From the IMG/VR virus record IMGVR_UViG_3300017902_000283, positions 1 to 27,392 of that record: a DNA stretch of 27,392 bases. The stretch is one strand, 5' to 3'. Within the stretch, counting starts at the first letter, position 1. Every line of letters starts with the position of its first letter. The position numbers were made by a program, and so were the translations under genes. The notes under the pieces are model-generated. The model was given only the letters and a program-made list of their open reading frames with translations. It was not told the origin of the DNA and made no database searches. This DNA is from a virus. Its lineage: Duplodnaviria; Caudoviricetes. Positions 24,735-27,392 of this stretch are shown in pieces.

Positions 24735-24891
24735 CTTCTGCTTCTTTCAGTAGTTGTGACACATATTTCTCTGTGCCATCCATAGTCTTTACAGCGAACA
24801 AATTAGACTTCATATATTTCTTGGTCTTCTTATACTTCTTAAGGAGTTTCTTATACTCCTCAGCATTCATCTCAACTTTACCTTCAGCCAT
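24715..24891 (-). CDS. Small basic hypothetical protein (58 aa, MAEGKVEMNAEEYKKLLKKYKK...), not in ORF track
   Basis: Manual translation; GGAG upstream and short overlaps with both neighbours. Confidence 0.7.
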   Translation of the reverse strand: MAEGKVEMNAEEYKKLLKKYKKTKKYMKSNLFAVKTMDGTEKYVSQLLKEAEDAESNR

Positions 24892-25054
24892 TTAAAATGT
24901 CTCCCTCGAAGTTCATCATAGCGAGTAAGGTATCATAAGGAATCCATGCAGGCTCTTCATTATCGAACTGCACTTCTACCTCTTTGATATTTTTTTGTAA
25001 GAATCTACTATAAGAAGTTCTTACATTTTTCACAACACTCATAGGATTAATCAT
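24884..25054 (-). CDS. Small hypothetical protein (56 aa, MINPMSVVKNVR...EPAWIPYDTL), not in ORF track
   Basis: Manual translation; ATGA overlap with the upstream stop. Confidence 0.7.
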   Translation of the reverse strand: MINPMSVVKNVRTSYSRFLQKNIKEVEVQFDNEEPAWIPYDTLLAMMNFEGDILNG

Positions 25055-25344
25055 TTACGTTTTCTTTGTGATGGTTTGCCAGCAGGAGATTTTTTCTCTG
25101 ACTCTGGATTCCATAACTTAGGATTTACGATACCCATTGTCTGTTTCCAGCCTTTTAGGCCTGTTTTATATTTGTCATAGTAATAATCAAACATCTCTGT
25201 TTGTTTCTGACATAATGTGATATCATAGAAGACTTTATCTTCCCCATTTTCCTTATCAACATACTCGATAAGATATGCTGTGTAAGGTAACTTCCTATCT
25301 TCTGCTAATTTAGGATCACACTTTTCATGAATTACTTTTACCAT
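25051..25344 (-). CDS. Conserved hypothetical protein
   Basis: 97-aa ORF with LPYTAYL.EY, FD.YYDKY and NPKLW; translationally coupled to its neighbours. Confidence 0.8.
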   Translation of the reverse strand: MVKVIHEKCDPKLAEDRKLPYTAYLIEYVDKENGEDKVFYDITLCQKQTEMFDYYYDKYKTGLKGWKQTMGIVNPKLWNPESEKKSPAGKPSQRKRK

Positions 25345-25931
25345 TAGGATCTATTCCCCCATGTAATTTCTGGATAAGCTTCCGCCACTAATTCCTTAGT
25401 GATGTTATACTTTGTATTCAGTGCCTTGTCTTTTACAAGAACAAGAATCTCAGCCTCTGGTGGTGGTAGTGTCTCAAGAATATTAATAAAGATTGACTCT
25501 CTCTTAATTTTGTTAAGTTGATCGTCGCCACCTTTTACAAAACGATAGAACTGTCTTGCAGAATTACGAATAGTACTCCTCTGTGGAAGGCCTTTCTCTC
25601 TATTTGCTTGAACATCACTCTCTACAGGTTGATATGGAACACTACCTTCTGGTAGCATAGAAACTACGGACTCATCAAAATTCCATATCATAGTCATCTT
25701 GAATGAATCTTCTCCATGAGTGCGGAGTATCTCTAACTTCTTTGCTTTAACTCTCTCAGCATCAACTGCTTCCAATAGTTCATGAACCATAGGATTAGCA
25801 GGCAGTTCTTTCTTTTTAACTGATACTGTCCTTGGTTTAGTGGCAGTAGTTTTTCTACGAGTAGTAGATTTCTTCCTAGTTGACGTAGATCTAGTCTTCG
25901 TCGTCTTCTTCGCTGTTGTCATTGTTTTCAA
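25344..25931 (-). CDS. Conserved T4-like cyanophage protein with a basic N-terminal tail
   Basis: Motifs WNFDESV.S.LP.G.VPY, F..FVKGG, KRE..FI.ILE.L...EAEIL.L.KDK and AYP.I.WG.RS. Confidence 0.8.
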   Translation of the reverse strand: MKTMTTAKKTTKTRSTSTRKKSTTRRKTTATKPRTVSVKKKELPANPMVHELLEAVDAERVKAKKLEILRTHGEDSFKMTMIWNFDESVVSMLPEGSVPYQPVESDVQANREKGLPQRSTIRNSARQFYRFVKGGDDQLNKIKRESIFINILETLPPPEAEILVLVKDKALNTKYNITKELVAEAYPEITWGNRS

Positions 25932-26118
25932 ACCTCAAGGCTACTATTTCATCGGCAATTAAATTACCGTTTTCATCATACATCTCAGGGTGTGTTATAC
26001 CTTGATTATGCATATTGACGTAATTATTCTGTTGGGCTAACCATCCAATTATACCACCTAATATCAAGAATGTAAAGCATAGTATACTGAATATGACAAG
26101 AAGTACTGTAGTTTCCAT
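25891..26118 (-). CDS. Small membrane-anchored hypothetical protein
   Basis: N-terminal transmembrane helix, HPEMYDENG motif, acidic tail and GGAG SD. Confidence 0.75.
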   Translation of the reverse strand: METTVLLVIFSILCFTFLILGGIIGWLAQQNNYVNMHNQGITHPEMYDENGNLIADEIVALRFENNDNSEEDDED

Positions 26119-26127
26119 GTCGATCTC

Positions 26128-26295
26128 CTAATTGTTGGTTTTCTTTTTGATGTCCAGAGATAATCTAAACTCCCTGCCAAATAAGGATAGTTTGATATCA
26201 AAGAACTTTTGAGGTGTTTGTTTAGAAGGCTTTCTTTTATCTCCTTTGAGTATAAGTTCTACGCCTTTATTTATGTCCATATCTGAAAATGACAT
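26128..26295 (-). CDS. Small hypothetical protein (55 aa, MSFSDMDINKGVELILKG...), not in ORF track
   Basis: Manual translation; TAATG coupling with the glutaredoxin stop; fills the gap. Confidence 0.7.
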   Translation of the reverse strand: MSFSDMDINKGVELILKGDKRKPSKQTPQKFFDIKLSLFGREFRLSLDIKKKTNN

Positions 26296-26528
26296 TAGTT
26301 TAGCCTATGTTCTTTCAAGTATTTTAAGGTTTCATTGGCGTTACCTAAAGTTTTACCATCAAGAACTACTTGTGGTAAGGTAAGAACGTTCGGGAACTTT
26401 TCTTCAAACTCCTCTACTGTAAAATCTTTATTTAATTCTTTATATTCATACTCTTTTCCTAGCAAGTCAAGACACATTTTTACCTTGAAACAAGCAGGAC
26501 ATTCATTTTTTCCGTATACTGTGTACAT
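26295..26528 (-). CDS. Glutaredoxin (NrdC/NrdH-like)
   Basis: VYGK..CPAC..VK and TLPQVV.DG..LG give the CxxC and cis-Pro motifs. Confidence 0.88.
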   Translation of the reverse strand: MYTVYGKNECPACFKVKMCLDLLGKEYEYKELNKDFTVEEFEEKFPNVLTLPQVVLDGKTLGNANETLKYLKEHRLN

Positions 26529-26530
26529 AC

Positions 26531-26845
26531 TTAATACCTAATTACATCTATTTTATGCCACTCATGGTCATAAACTAATAGACCTCCAAGTGTTTCTTCG
26601 TTATAGCATACTGTAAAGTATGTAGATAACTTTCTGCCATCTAGGCCTCTGTTTGGAGTGTCACCTACAAAAAGAACCCGACCTTCTAGTGGTTTACCAC
26701 CTAAAACTTCGGGTACTCTTACTATAGAACCTTTACGGATTGCTACAGTTTTCTCTATATCTAAGAAAACTTTCTTCGATTCCTCTGGTATCGGTTTTAC
26801 CTTGCGATACCCACAAGTGGCAGAATTCGTAGAGGTGACGGACAT
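26531..26845 (-). CDS. Hypothetical protein (start uncertain)
   Basis: The only ORF filling 26531-26733 on the coding strand. Its 5' part overlaps the upstream gene. Confidence 0.6.
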   Translation of the reverse strand: MSVTSTNSATCGYRKVKPIPEESKKVFLDIEKTVAIRKGSIVRVPEVLGGKPLEGRVLFVGDTPNRGLDGRKLSTYFTVCYNEETLGGLLVYDHEWHKIDVIRY

Positions 26846-26930
26846 TTTCGAGAGTGTTGAATTGTTTTAAGGAAAGAAATGCTTGTTGGCGTATTGCCAT
26901 ACGTTCATCACGATATCTTAAATCATTCAT
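26733..26930 (-). CDS. Hypothetical protein
   Basis: 65-aa ORF with a LYEFC..WV motif and a short overlap with the upstream gene. Confidence 0.65.
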   Translation of the reverse strand: MNDLRYRDERMAIRQQAFLSLKQFNTLENVRHLYEFCHLWVSQGKTDTRGIEESFLRYRENCSNP

Positions 26931-27141
26931 CTTTCTCTTGTTCCTTCTCTATTCTGTCAATAGCGGTAGTCATCTTATCAAACAAGGTCTCAGTTCCTTG
27001 AATGTTATCCAAGTGAGATATGATACCACCTAGTTCTCTTACCACATAGGGTTTCTCTACTCTTGCTGCAAACGCAAGTGCGTCACGAAGATGGACTTCT
27101 GCCTTCTTGAGACTTTCTAAGGTTTGTTCTGATAGTGCCAT
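26923..27141 (-). CDS. Conserved hypothetical protein
   Basis: 72 aa, MALS.Q..ESL..AE..LR.ALAFAAR.E.P; TAATG-coupled to talC. Confidence 0.75.
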   Translation of the reverse strand: MALSEQTLESLKKAEVHLRDALAFAARVEKPYVVRELGGIISHLDNIQGTETLFDKMTTAIDRIEKEQEKDE

Positions 27142-27392
27142 TAGTCTTTCTTAATTGAGTTCCAATCGTCTTGGAATAATTGTAATCCCTTGTCGGTTAG
27201 AATGTGATTATACATTTTACCAAATATGGCAGGAGGCATAGTAACAACGTCTGCTCCTACTGAGAAACAATCTGCAACATCTTTCACATTTCTGAGTGAT
27301 GCAGCAAGAACTTGAGTTCTTGACATGTGTTCTCTATATAGTTTCGCAATGTCTCCAACTAACTCTAAACCATCAAATGAATTATCGTCAAC
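27141..27392 (-). CDS. talC: Transaldolase TalC (5' end outside window)
   Basis: The frame is open to the window edge: VDDNSFDGLELVGDIAKLY...TQVLAASLR...GADVVTMPP..F..MY.H.LTDKGL..F..DW. Confidence 0.92.
   Translation of the reverse strand, partial: VDDNSFDGLELVGDIAKLYREHMSRTQVLAASLRNVKDVADCFSVGADVVTMPPAIFGKMYNHILTDKGLQLFQDDWNSIKKD

Noticed and set aside
26268-26274. ATAAATA late-promoter motif
   Set aside because: It lies inside a small CDS, far from the next start, and is expected by chance in AT-rich DNA.

Overview
This window is part of a T4-like marine cyanomyovirus genome (Prochlorococcus/Synechococcus phage type). It is AT-rich and tightly packed, and most genes lie on the minus strand. 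From right to left it holds the 3' part of transaldolase talC, small hypotheticals, a glutaredoxin, a 2OG-Fe(II) oxygenase, thyX, phoH, a PD-(D/E)XK exonuclease, gp33 and gp32. A short plus-strand block follows (gp4, gp2, gp48, gp53). Next is a minus-strand baseplate/tail module (gp54-like, gp26, gp51, two tape-measure-like genes, a hub protein, cp12, gp5 and accessory virion genes), then four 2OG-Fe(II) oxygenases. The most striking element is missed by the ORF track: a phage-borne, circularly permuted (two-piece) tmRNA gene at about 1-277 on the minus strand. It has an intact alanine-type acceptor stem and an unusually long tag peptide, ANNIVAFSRILTREFARTDELVTA. A second hidden signal is a T-TTT-TTC slippery site that would fuse gp26 to gp51 by a -1 frameshift just upstream of the tape-measure-like genes. 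All family calls come from motif recognition and synteny; no database searches were run.
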